Positions 1-12,004 of a stretch of 64,000 bases of DNA are shown in pieces. The first letter of the stretch is position 1. Each line of letters begins with the position of its first letter. Position numbers and translations under genes: made by a program. The DNA comes from Laetmonice hystrix (Eukaryota). The DNA lies in contig OZ249445.1 of the NCBI GenBank assembly GCA_965235115.1, positions 3,348,001-3,412,000 on the forward strand. The letters run 5' to 3'. The notes under the pieces were generated by a model. That model did not search any database and was not told where the DNA came from. It worked only from the letters and a program-made list of their open reading frames with translations.

Positions 1-230
1 AATTGGAAACAAATTTGTGTTATACCTTCTGTGATGCCCACAATATTTTGTGGGTAACAATGATGCTTAAGTGGGTAATTTCATGCTGGAATCGCAATAA
101 AAAGATATCACCGTTCGGTAACTGCACTATGTGCCGTTTGGCATGTGATCTCGGTAGCGTGATTTAGTTGCTGCATTGAGCAAGGCTTTTACTTAGAGAT
201 GCTTCTGTGATTACAGGGGGCAGGAACCAT

Positions 231-389
231 AGAGACTGGACTGGAACCGCCTTGTAAAAGGTTGCCTCAGAGAAAGTGGGACGGCTACCACGGGGTCCTC
301 GTTGTCTGATCGGGGGACGCACAGTTCAAGCAAACGTAGACTTGTAACCTGGTTTGATCTGCAAAAGCGTCTGGAACAAGAAAAGGGGG
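231..389 (+). CDS. Candidate internal exon, unknown product (RLDWNRLVKGCLRESGTATTGSSLSDRGTHSSSKRRLVTWFDLQKRLEQEKG)
   Basis: Open frame ending at a strong donor GG|GTAAGTAT (390). The acceptor (CCATAG) is weak and I recognise no homology. Confidence 0.2.
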
Positions 390-1065
390 GTAAGTATACG
401 TGCAATGATGTGGTGTGGTGGGGGCCGCTGTGGTTGGGCCGGCCCCTGTGCTGTGAATGGAGCTGTTGTTGTGGCGGAACAACACCGTCCCATTCACGGC
501 CTGCGATGAATAGATCGTTGCTACCGAACGGGCCGCCCGGCCGCTGAATCATGGCCCATTGTATTGTGCGTGCCGTGCTCTGGCGCTATTTGCGCTCGTG
601 TTGTCCCACTGACGTCTCGTCTCACTGGTTGGCTGGCGTCGGGGCTCCGTACTAACATTAAGCGTCAGTTGAGAATTTTAACGACGCAGCGAGGAGGGAC
701 TGATGAACCGCTGAAGTTGAGCTGTTCGTAAAAACTAATCAACTAAATGAGACGACGGACGCGCGGCCACGAGGGGAGTACGCACAATTAGTTAGAAACA
801 TTCAACCACGACGAGTGATCACGGCTGTGTCAAAACGGCCACGATCACGAGGAAACCAAGCTACTATATACACGCAACAGATACTCTGTGTGGACGACCA
901 GCAAGTTTCGATGGGCACGCCTTAACCTAGGTGTATCTCTGTTATAAGGTGTTGGCTTATCTCCCCCGTGGTTTGTGTCCTGAACGACAAGTTGAGCTCA
1001 CTTGACGACACCTGTGCGTGACGGCTGTGACACGGTAACTCCTCCTCCTCCTGCTCCCAACTTAC

Positions 1066-1131
1066 CGATAGCTTGTGGATAACTGAGAACAGCGTGGAGG
1101 GTCGTGTCGCCACTAGTCGGCCAGCAGCCAT
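1066..1131 (-). CDS. Candidate first coding exon MAAGRLVATRPSTLFSVIHKLS
   Basis: CACCATGG Kozak context and a consensus donor TCG|GTAAGT exactly 22 codons later. The peptide is basic and hydroxylated with no acidic residues, as in transit peptides. Splicing to the nearest strong acceptor (exon start 370) hits a stop after 14 codons. Confidence 0.3.
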
Positions 1132-1812
1132 GGTGTCCCCGGGGATTGATTATGTAGCGCCTTCAGAGGGCAGTGGCGAGCCAACAAGCCCCGCCGTCAT
1201 CAAAAGGTAATGATCCAATGGGACACCATTTGTTTTGCGCTAATTTAGCACCGAACCCTATTGTGGAGGCATGCCATTTGACCGGTGCTGCCATGGCGGG
1301 GGTGCGTACTGGGATGATGGGTGTGTGGGTGTGTGGGGTGGGGAGGAGGGTGATCAGTCGGCATCACGGCAATGAGGGCAGGGAGGGAGAAGTTTGGAAG
1401 AGCGTTTCAACGAGGGGCAATTGAAAGACACTAGTAAGGGCAGCAAGGGGTAGTTGCAGCGTTGGACATGGAAAATTTGCTAAAAGAAGTCGAGATGGAG
1501 GGGTTTTTATAATTGTTTCTTTGGAAGAAGGGGAAAACGGAAGTCCATGTAAAGGAATGTCATGAGGGAGGGGGTGAAAATGTATTGGGATGCGTGACTC
1601 CCAGAGCTAGCATGAAATCATGTCACATATTACTTAACATTTCAGGGACAATTTAAGAACTGAATGACTTGTCATACAGCCAAGGCATGTGAAGACTAAA
1701 CAAATGCTGGCAATAAAATTTCGATTTGTACTCCAACCGGATTATTTCTTTCCTGCATTTCTCGCCCTTGCCCTGTAATTTTCCACTTTAATATTAGAAG
1801 TCAAGTGTCCTA

Positions 1813-2640
1813 AAAGTTGAGTAAAGCAATTACACGGTTCTCGGGGCAGGTACTGTTATGAAAGTTGAGTAAAGCATCGCCTGCGAATGGTAGGCACAAT
1901 TACACGGTTCTCGGGGCAGGTACTGTTATCAAAGTTGAGTAAAGCATCGCCTGTTAACGGTAGGCACAATTACACGGTTCTTGGGGCAGGTACTGTTATC
2001 AAAGTTGAGTAAAGCATCGCCTGTGAACGGTAGGCACAATTACACGGTTCTCGGGGCAGGTACTGTTATCAAAGTTGAGTAAAGCATCGCCTGCGAACGC
2101 TAGGCACAATTACATGTACACGGTTCTCGGGGCAGGTCCTGTTATCAAAGTTGAGTAATGCATCGCCTGTGAACGGTAGGCACAATTACACGGTTCTCGG
2201 GGCAGGTACTGTTATCAAAGTTGAGTAAAGCATCGCCTGTGAACGGTAGGCACAATTACACGGTTCTCGGGGCAGGTACTGTTATCAAAGTTGAGTAAAG
2301 CATCGCCTGTGAACGGTAGGCACAATTACACGGTTCTCGGGGCAGGTCCTGTTATCAAAGTTGAGTAAAGCATCGCCTGTGAACGGTAGGCACAATTACA
2401 CGGTTCTCGGGGCAGGTACTGTTATCAAAGTTGAGTAAAGCATCGCCTGTGAACGGTAGGCACAATTACACGGTTCTCGGGGCAGGTACTGTTATCAAAG
2501 TTGAGTAAAGCATCGCCTGTGAACGGTAGGCACAATTACACGGTTCTCGGGGCAGGTACTGTTATCAAAGTTGAGTAAAGCATCGCCTGTGAACGGTAGG
2601 CACAATTACACGGTTCTCGGGGCAGGTACTGTTATAAAAG
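1813..2640. repeat. Minisatellite, 70-bp unit, ~11.7 copies
   Basis: AAAGTTGAGTAAAGCATCGCCTGTGAACGGTAGGCACAATTACACGGTTCTCGGGGCAGGTACTGTTATC recurs at 1861, 1931, 2001, 2071 and onward. The first copy has an internal deletion and one copy has a 6-nt insertion. Confidence 0.97.
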
Positions 2641-3100
2641 GTTGTCGACTTGCTTGTCACGCCACTCCCCCAAACTGATTAGAATGGTAGCATGTGCACC
2701 AACATTTTGCTGACACTGTTCAGGTCAGCATCAAGTATCGGAACACAACGAATCTGTTGTATCACGGTTCTTTTCTTCAGTTCATATCTAACCGCAGTTA
2801 ACTGTGAAGAGAAAAACAGCGAGCCGGCATCACAAGAAGTGATTGTCAACAATTGTCCCGATGTGTTTTAAGTCGGTCCCGAAGTGAGGGCATTCAGGCA
2901 GACACAAGTCCGTGCTAACACTAGCCGTCTTTATGCCTGTTGCTGTGAGTTAGTGACTTTGACTTGACCTTGTTCGACACGGCATACCCCAGGATCAGAC
3001 AGCGTCATAGCAAACACCTGTCATAGTGTCAAAAACAACAGGTGAAAGATGGGGTGGAAAAAGTTTGGATGGAGTATAGTGTTAGCGGTTGTCGTGTGTG

Positions 3101-3732
3101 TGTTTGTCGGTGGGCACACAACCTTTACCCAGACTACCGACGTATTGTTTCCAGTGTAGCTGTCGGTCGGTGGGCACACAACCTTTACCCAGACTACTGA
3201 CGTATTGTTTCCAGTGTAGGTGTCGGTCGGTGGGCACACAACCTTTACCTAGACTACTGACGTATTGTTTCCAGTGTAGCTGTCGGTCGGTGGGCACACA
3301 ACCTTTACCCAGACTACTGACGTATTGTTTCCAGTGTAGCTGTCGGTCGGTGGGCACACAACCTTTACCCAGACTACTGACGTATTGTTTCCAGTGTACC
3401 GACGTATTGTTTCCAGTGTAGGTGTCGGTCGGTGGGCACACAACCTTTACCCAGACTACGGAACTATTGTTTCCAGTGTAGGTGTCGGTCGGTGGGCACA
3501 CAACCTTTACCCAGACTACTGACGTATTGTTTCCAGTGTAGGTGTCGGTCGGTGGGCACACAACCTTTACCCAGACTACTGACGTATTGTTTCCAGTGTA
3601 GGTGTCGGTCGGTGGGCACACAACCTTTACCTAGACATGGACGTAGAGTATATACCTAGACTACCGATGTATTGTTTCCAGTGTAGCTGTCGGTTGGTGG
3701 GCACACAACCTTTACCCAGACTACTGACGTAT
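3101..3732. repeat. Minisatellite, 60-bp unit, ~10 copies
   Basis: TGTCGGTCGGTGGGCACACAACCTTTACCCAGACTACTGACGTATTGTTTCCAGTGTAG(C/G) in tandem, with irregularities near 3400-3420 and 3637-3660. Confidence 0.97.
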
Positions 3733-4189
3733 CGTCAATTCCTGCGTAGGTGTCGATAGTTTGTCCTCCATGGCAACACATCATTGTGCAATGTGTTAAT
3801 ATGCACCACAGCACAAGGGGATGTGTTTGCTTGGTCCACAGAAAGGAGGGGGGTGTTGAGAGAGATAGAGAGAGGGAGAGAGCAGGAAGAGGAGAGGGAA
3901 GGGGTGTATTAAGACAAGAGGCGCCACTTCCGCCCCCAACCTGTTTGGTAGGTGTTTGGTCCGATCTCAGAGGGCACCTGTCACATCCCACCAGATCTGA
4001 CCATTGACGTTACTGTTTTGTCACGTTGCCAACGAAGCTGTGTTCCTCTGGCCGCATTGTTCCATTCTCACTCTAATGTTCAGCGTTCGCCCAACCTGCT
4101 AAATGGTTTGACTTTTTAAAACCGCCACCTCGAGGGACTGGAGCTAGAGCACCTGCTCGCCGCACACCTAGTTCTATATAGGCCCCATG

Positions 4190-4214
4190 CCCCCCCCCCC
4201 CCCCCCCCCCCCCC
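4190..4214. repeat. C25 homopolymer, the longest of many G/C runs
   Basis: Read directly. Other runs include G23 at 10379-10401, G16 at 26392-26407 and C17 at 38954-38970. Confidence 0.9.
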
Positions 4215-7200
4215 AATCCGATGGAAATCACAGCCCTCCTCCTCAGCCTTTGTATGGCGAGTGGGTGTCGGACAATTTGCTTTATCATAAAGGCTGAAGT
4301 AGTAAGGCAAACAAGGGTTTCAGCTGTGTGTATACAAAACCGAACATTTATGCATCTGAATGTCAGTATCCATTGTGGGACGTCACGTGACAGGGCCGTG
4401 AGATAACCCGTTGCATGCAGAAGGTAACACTCGACACGCCTGTGTGCAAACTTTCCGACACAGGTACGGCCAAGACGCCACCGCCGACATTTTGCCAGAA
4501 GTGTAAAGATAAGAACGACCCCTCGCCACTTCACATGTCTGCAAAAGCTTTTTACCATTTCTGTGAAGAATACCCGTTTGCCCAGTACAGTGGACGAATT
4601 TTTTTCAAATATAGCGGCATGGCTGGAACAACCAGTATATCCGATGAAAAACATATTTGAAAAACTCAGCATAATGTCATTATGGTGGGTGCACATTTTG
4701 AAGACAATTAAATAATTTCAGGTATTAATCATTGGCACGATGTACTTATTAATTAATACCGAATTTATATACATTTTTGTTGCTAGAGTATCTATAATAA
4801 AAAATATAGGATAGGCTTAAAAAACCATCTTCGTGCGGAGAAACGGATAAAGAGGAATAAAAAGTAATCGTAATCAAAAGATTAGATAGGATCTTGATGT
4901 AAGCTTGACAGGCCTTTATACGCTCTGACCCAGAAAGTATTTGTACTATAGTGATTGTGACACTAGTAAATACATGACATCATATGGAGCAAATCAAGTC
5001 ACATGACGGGGTTCGCCGAGTACTTAAGCTGTCTGATTTTAACTGTCTTCTAAATAGTCATGTTTATGCATGACTATCTGTGAGTGACATGTAATTGGCT
5101 ATAATGGACACGAGAAAGACTGGGGAAATGGCTGTTGAGAATGATTCCGTATAATAAGGTGCTTTCAAAAAAAGAAATTATGAATACTAGGTGGAAATAT
5201 CAAGTCCCTTATGTGACTAACTGCTTTTCGTTTGAGTGTTGGAAATATACATATATTTTCACTTAATTTATCCTATACGTCTTAGGCCTGGTCTATGACT
5301 TCTTGTGACTTAAAAATGTCTAAGGTCTCATTGAACATATTGTTGAACCTGGCCATCAGGCATAAGACTCTGAAGTGAAGATTTTAATTTGAATAATAGT
5401 TACTTGGAAAGATGATGATCATGTCATTACATATTCAAACATATTTTCATCATGGATAAAAGAAATAGTTTGTTGGTTTTTAAGGATATTTATAAACGGT
5501 TGACTTAGTTTGGTGGTCCAAGTCAGGGTGTGTGCCTTTGAGTCTGAAAGCTATCTGAGACAGACGGGCACCTGTTTGGGCAGTCAGCTCAGGGATCAGT
5601 CTTAAGTGGCCTAGGGTTGGCAAGGGCAAGGCCTGTCTGCTTACCTGCAAATTTAGGCGGACAGATGGGCACCCGCTGAAGGAATGCCACTCAAATGAGG
5701 AAGGCCAAGTTTATCTTATGAATCTATATTATGTTTGAAGAATATGAAGGCATTCCAAACCGCAAGCTTGCTGTTCCGTTATCATTCAGGATGAAATATT
5801 ATATCTAATCGTATTCATTTGGAGAATGATAAAAAGGTTGTGATACATGGCAGAGTTGGAGTGGGACGGGCCAAATATACAACAGGAAGTCTTACGAAAA
5901 GGAAAGAATTGATCCAATCATGGTTATTGATATTTCTTTTATTTTTCCCCGCAAGGAGGCAGTATTTGTGGCAGATTTCAACTGCCCGTAAGATTGAGCA
6001 GTAACTTTCGACTCAAGCTGCACCAAGATACAGAAAATTACAAAACTTGATCATGGAACCCACTGAAACTGTAAATTCTCAATAGTGATCCCATGTCTAT
6101 AAATATATACTTTCCTCCGATATGGTGCGACCGATTCAATAATTTTGTGGGGCCACATTGGGCGGTAGTTAAACCTCCCACCTCAGGCCAGTGCAAACAC
6201 ACACTGTCAAAAAAGAAAGATATTCCAATATTAGTTTAGCATGTTTGTCACCCCTGTGATTCTATTGAGGAGAAACGTCGCACTTGTTCCGATAGCGACC
6301 TGTTTGTTTGCCTCGAGCAACCAGTTTGGGTGTGAGAGGAAAGGTAGCAGAAATTAGAATGGATTTCTACATACCTGCAGCTTAATGTTAACGTCGGCAT
6401 GTATAGGACTTTCCCAACTTTGTTGACTACTCACTAAACCTTCATACTGATATCATTGTTAGAATGTGATCATCTGAAAATCTGGAAATCTGATATTGAT
6501 TGTTACTATATATGTGAAATATAGTAAATCCCCATTATAGATTAGTAGCACCTAATATTTGGTTCTATCCATGGGATTACTAATACTTGCTACCAGATTA
6601 AACACGTGGTCGGGGAAAGTGTGGCCGGCCATTTACCACAGACAAAATCCGTCTTAACATGATCAACGTGTTACTTGAAGAAATAAAGGTATCAGTTGTG
6701 TGTAAGGCCAGCTTGTTGAGGTTCCAATTCACCATACGTTAAAACCTAGACCATAACATATGGTGGGGAGACAGTGTATATGTGGCAGACAACTCGTGGA
6801 AAACTTCACACAACCACTACCTACCTGTGCTCAAAGTGCTCTCAGTAAATCTAGGTCACAATTGGTGTCATTGTTTCCTGGAGGTTCAGGAAGGTCTTTG
6901 TGTGCGGGTAAACAGGACAAGAGTCTTTGTGTTATCAAAGAATAACCTGGGGTTATCTTCTCAGTGAAATGTAGCGTCCATGCCATGGGAACAGGACAGT
7001 GGCGTACCTATGTCTGGAGACGCCACTCAGACCAGCCTTGTGGGGGCGGCTGCGGGAAACCATCAACTAATTAACACAGGAATCACTAGAGCTAAGGTTA
7101 ATTAGTAGACAATAGAGTACAGTTAAATTGTGACCTGGTAGTATTGTGTGAGCATATGGGACAGCAGGTGCCCGTTGATTAATCGGTCATGTAATTGGTG

Positions 7201-7516
7201 GTGATGATTTAAATGTTGACTCGAGATAGGAAGTCCTTCCGGAAAGGCCTGTGGATGTTTGCTATCAGAAAAACTCAATGTCAGGTCTGACCTGCTACTA
7301 CTTCATTGTTTATAATTACAAAGATACAAATTACAAAAATAATTACCGAGAAAAAATGAAAAAGCTCATGTTACATATACTTCAAGGCTATACTGTATAA
7401 TTAGGCATTGGTCTTTCTTATTGTATAATTATCCTTAATGCATTGAAATGCCATGTTTCCTGGAATGGCTGTCCACAGCAATATGCCATTAATTCAGTGC
7501 TTTGTTTCCTATTCAG

Positions 7517-7531
7517 CTTCTACGGCTGCGG
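7517..7531 (+). other. Candidate 15-nt microexon CTTCTACGGCTGCGG
   Basis: Pyrimidine-rich acceptor TTTGTTTCCTATTCAG and consensus donor CGG|GTAAGT. Length is a multiple of 3 and there is no stop in any frame. Confidence 0.3.
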
Positions 7532-9786
7532 GTAAGTGACATTTTAGAATTACTCTACTAAGATTTCAGTTTAAAGTGATTACCAATATTGCTGTCCTCA
7601 TCATTTTGACAGTTTAAGGCTGCGTTCACCAGTTTTACCACCCCGGTCATTTGAACGTAGATTGAAATGACTCGTGTTTTGAAATGATCCCTTACTTTCA
7701 CTCTGTAGAGTAATAATGTTACAACATATCCACAAGGGATAATTGAAGTATGACCGGACACCTCTGTCAGTGACTACACCCAGGTCACACAACTTGTATT
7801 ATCATGTTCAGGGGTGTGACTAGCACTTCATTGTGACATGGTCTAGCTCATACAATGACGTACTACATCTCTCAGATAGACCATATCCTTCATGTACCGG
7901 TGTGTACCGTACGGATCCACGAACTGATAGGTAAAAACTGAGTTGTGGCTGGGAACATTAAGTAAAGTAATCAGTGGCTTGAACTAAAGACAGTCTGTTT
8001 GTCTGTATTGGTGAGAAAGTAGAGATCTTAAGGTAGAAGGATCTGAGACCTTTGAAGTTTTGCCAAAGATTTTCAGAGGATTTTAATCAGTCATTCTTCT
8101 GACCGTACCTTTGATGTACAATGTATTTGTAGATATCCTCTAGTAAGGTTATGACAGCAAGGCCCCACAACCTGTATTTGTATATAACATTCATTTATCA
8201 AGTCTTTATTCAGCATGCTCCAGGTGAATGTTGCCTATTAAAGTTATTTTAAACATACTTTTATTGAGATTAAATTTGAGATTTGCATAACGTATTCCTT
8301 AAACTTTCCCAGGCAAACCTACTTATTTCAAGGTGACTGTCTAAGTGAGGGCACCTGTTGCTGTGCTCAGGCTAAACGTTCTAACACTTTGAAGTGACCG
8401 CAGCGTGGCGTCTCCTTGTTTTACCATTATGTCAGTTGCTGCTGTATTATGATGAATTCCATATCCGTTATTAGTGTTTTTTTATGTTTTATTGGCACGT
8501 GTTTGTCGCTTTGTTCGGACCAGTCGAGCGTACATGTCGTAATGAACGTCAGGACACAAAGGTGATATTGTAAATCGTCCTTCAATGTTCATAACTTTGG
8601 TATAACTGAACTTTCTCTCTGCACTACTTCCTCCCTCCCCTCACCACCACCACGCGACCAGTGAAGGACCCTTGGTTGCTGCAATTACTGTTTTGTTTTC
8701 CCCCCTCTCTATATTTTCGTATTGTTTGCTCTCACAAAGATAGTATTGATATTTACTGACAGAGTCACGGGAATGATCGGTTCCTTATCTCCTCAGATAT
8801 ATGATCCCTCAGTGAAGAGTCCAATATTGGGATGGAACATGTCATAACGCGACTAGACTGGCCTCTGGAATTTCAAGGTGACAGTGATTTCTGTACTGAT
8901 GTGGAGTTTTGCCCATGGAAACTGCAAGAAATGAAACTAATGCTATTCAACTATTACATTACACTGTGGTTCTTAACTTCTCTCGAAGTGTACTTAGGTT
9001 TCTTACCTCTTGTCTGCATGACAAAAACTGGGATTTGAATGAACAACGAAAACATTCCTCCTCGTTACCATAGCAACCTTTGGTCATGTAGATTTGACTA
9101 ATTCATTAGTTATCATTAACATGAGATTTTGGATGATACGCCGAGGATGAGTTGAGAATTTGCAAATAGGAATTGACTCATGAAGATTGGGAGGCGTATA
9201 GTTAACATACAGATAGATCAACTAAAATGTCAGAAATGTGTTTCCGTTTCCGCCATGTATGATTCGCTTTTTGTTTGCTGGTCATGATTCATTTCTTTCT
9301 TTTGCACATATATACACCGTCATTAAGTTGATAGTCATTAGATTATACTCTGCTGAAACATATTGAATGCTTGGCATGGAAGAAATGTTTAGAATCGCGG
9401 ATACAAAATATGAAGAATATGGTAACAAACAATCAGTCATCGATCATTATCATATGAGTGTCTCTAGGCGGGAGCAGGCGATCAGTGGACATTTTGATGT
9501 AGTCAGAGAATGTCATACATACTTCCAAGATAGCCACACCTCACTGAGGATTGTCTCAATGCAACGTTTGGAGCCCAGGATTGAGAATAGCGGGAATTTC
9601 TCCGAGTCTGAGCGGACCAGAGTTCCTTATAGTGAAGGGTTATGGTCTCAAGCCTAACCCTGTGATTGTTAGCCCGCAATAGGACCCACCTGTCATGTAT
9701 CGCATACCTGTTATACAACAGTCAGTGTCGTAAAAATCACCAGATGTCTCGTATAGAACTTTTCATATACCCCTGGTAGGTATCAT

Positions 9787-10614
9787 CCCGCTAGCCCCCC
9801 GCCCGCTAGCCCCCCGTTTAGACAGGGCCGAAGGTGTGAGAAATCTGTGCCGCTAGCCCCCCGCTCGGCTGTTCCACTATCAGACACTACCCCCTTATGA
9901 GATTTGGGGTGGTCAGCGGTCAGGGATGGTAAAGGCAAAGAACTTGCATTGTAATGCAGGCGCGGATCCAGGAATTTTTGCAAGGGGGGGGGGGGTCCGA
10001 AAGATGCGAGCCGCTGGGGGAGGGGGGGGCTATACTCTGGGGCCCTTCGCTTCGTCCGGACCCCCTGGACCCCCCCCCCCCCTGGATCCGCGCCTGTAAT
10101 GTATAGTTCTTTGTTAAGGGATAACTAAAAGGCAAGCGACAAATAATTAGGGGGTGTTACTAGATATATAAATGACTGATTACGGGTGTTACGGGACTGA
10201 ATCTGTATTATGGTGTTAGTTAGAATCACAGTTATACACTCAACCACTGCCTTACTTAGTGCCAGTAGTATTGTCCATCATATGGCCAACCGCCTTCATA
10301 TAGGACTCCATCATTCTGTGGCATATCATAGTCTAAGCCTAACTGGTGCAATCGGGAGTCAATACTTTTTCTTTCTTTGGGGGGGGGGGGGGGGGGGGGG
10401 GCTGGCTGACCTGCCTGCATCGGCAGCATATGAACCGCCAAGTCCCGCCGTTGACACCCCCCCCCCCCAACTCCGTCCACGCCTCAGTGGTGTGTGTGTG
10501 TAGGGGGGGGGTAGTGTTAGGGAGTGGAACAGCCGAGCGGGGGGCTACCGGCACAGATTTCTCACACCTTCGGCCTTGTCTAAACGGGGGGCTAGCGGGC
10601 GGGGGGCTAGCGGG
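9787..10614. mobile_element. Non-autonomous DNA element (MITE/foldback-like) with 92-bp terminal inverted repeats
   Basis: 9787-9878 is the reverse complement of 10523-10614 with 2 mismatches, and similarity continues ~15 nt further inward. Ends are CCCGCTAGC...GCTAGCGGG. No coding capacity inside. Confidence 0.8.
9957..10096. mobile_element. 140-bp MITE nested inside the larger element
   Basis: Perfect 16-bp TIRs CAGGCGCGGATCCAGG / CCTGGATCCGCGCCTG, flanked by a direct repeat TAATG (9952-9956 and 10097-10101) consistent with a TSD. Confidence 0.85.
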
Positions 10615-11604
10615 TGTAATCCCTGGTAATCTTCCAGCGACATTATAAGTAGGGATATGGAATTGTTTGTCAGTTATTTGCTAGAACTGTGCTATCACCT
10701 TAAGGAAAGGCATGGATGTGAAGTTCCAAAGTGAATATTCTATAAACATAGTATATAGGTATTATATTATATTTTGGTGCATATCTACAGCCACATTCCC
10801 GAGTAACCACTTTAAATTTGACTGAGATAGTTTGTCAATATTCTGGTTACATGGATATTGATACCATTGATAACCACACATCCTAAGTTACGTGTGTGAG
10901 TCTGGGTGTAGGCGTGTGTGGGTGGCTGGGTAAGTAGGTCATCATTTTATCTGGTATGTGCCTATATTGGAGCATCGAGTACGGTTGGAGCCAGAACGTT
11001 ATAACAGAAGCTTTGAAATGTCAGGGAGGGGGAGTAATTTACTACTACTGGAAGCTATTGATGTCTGGCCGGTGACGACAGCGACTCCAGCCGTATACCC
11101 ACCACAAAAGGTGCCATTGTTTACTCCTCTCTCCCCCCTGAATACATAAAGTCAGCTATTGTCAAACAACTCCCTCCCATAGACGCACCGCTACTTTAGG
11201 AAGGACAAGCTTATTAAAATCTAAATGAATTTTATGAAGACGTTGTTGTAATAGGGCTGAGCGCTGCCATAGTGGGTGCCGGACCCCCTGGGGTGGTGTA
11301 CAGTCATTGTTGGTGTCGTTTCCACGGGAGCTTGACGTCCTGGTATGACGGAATCCTGACTGCTGCTGTCTGCAGTTCACCAGCCGGCCTCTCACTTCCT
11401 GGCCATTGTTTACTTGGGTTAATCAGAGCAGAAAGTCCGTCTTGGACAAACCAAACCTGTGGAGGCCTTGTGTGGAGAAAGCTTCTATGGAAAAAACACA
11501 TACGGTTAAAATCTCTAAGGGAAAACAGGATATTTTGGAGTCAGATTTTCTGTTGAGAAACCCTCTATGGAAAATGTTTCCTCTGGCAGTCATGAAAAGA
11601 TTCC

Positions 11605-12004
11605 CTGGACAAACCAGCGACGGAGGACCTTGGCTTGGACAACCTCGCTGATAACAAACCTTCCTTGGACAAACCAGCGGAGAAGAACCTTGGCTTGGAC
11701 AACCTCGCTGATCACAAACCAGCGGAGGGGAACCTTGGCTTGGACAACCTCGCTGATAACAAACCTTCCTTGGACAAACCAGCGGAGAAGAACCTTGGCT
11801 TGGACAACCTCGCTGATCACAAACCAGCGGAGGGGAACCTTGGCTTGGACAACCTCGCTGATAACAAACCAGCGGAGGAAAACCTTGGCTTGGACAACCT
11901 CGCTGATAACAAACCTTGCTTGGACAAACCAGCGGAGGAGAATTGGCTTGGACAACCTCGCTGATAACAAACCAGCGGAGGGGAACCTTGGCTTGGACAA
12001 ACCG
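11605..12004. repeat. Composite 45/60-bp tandem repeat with a 105-bp higher-order duplication
   Basis: CTTGGACAACCTCGCTGAT(A/C)ACAAACC and CTTGGACAAACCAGCGGAG modules. One frame reads LDNLADNKPSLDKPAEKNLG / LDNLADHKPAEGNLG. Confidence 0.93.

Noticed and set aside
3021-3659. ORFs of 64-179 aa in the 60-bp array
   Set aside because: They arise from a stop-poor repeat unit, and internal indels shift frames.
4073-4696. 207-aa minus ORF, and an HMG-box-like AFYHFCEEY stretch in the plus ORF 4415-4660
   Set aside because: The similarity covers only ~9 residues and the rest of the HMG box is absent. There are no convincing splice signals, and the minus ORF crosses a C25 run.
11236-11290. Rossmann-like DVVVIG...AIVGAGPPG motif
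   Set aside because: The downstream sequence does not continue as a FAD-binding fold, so this is likely chance.
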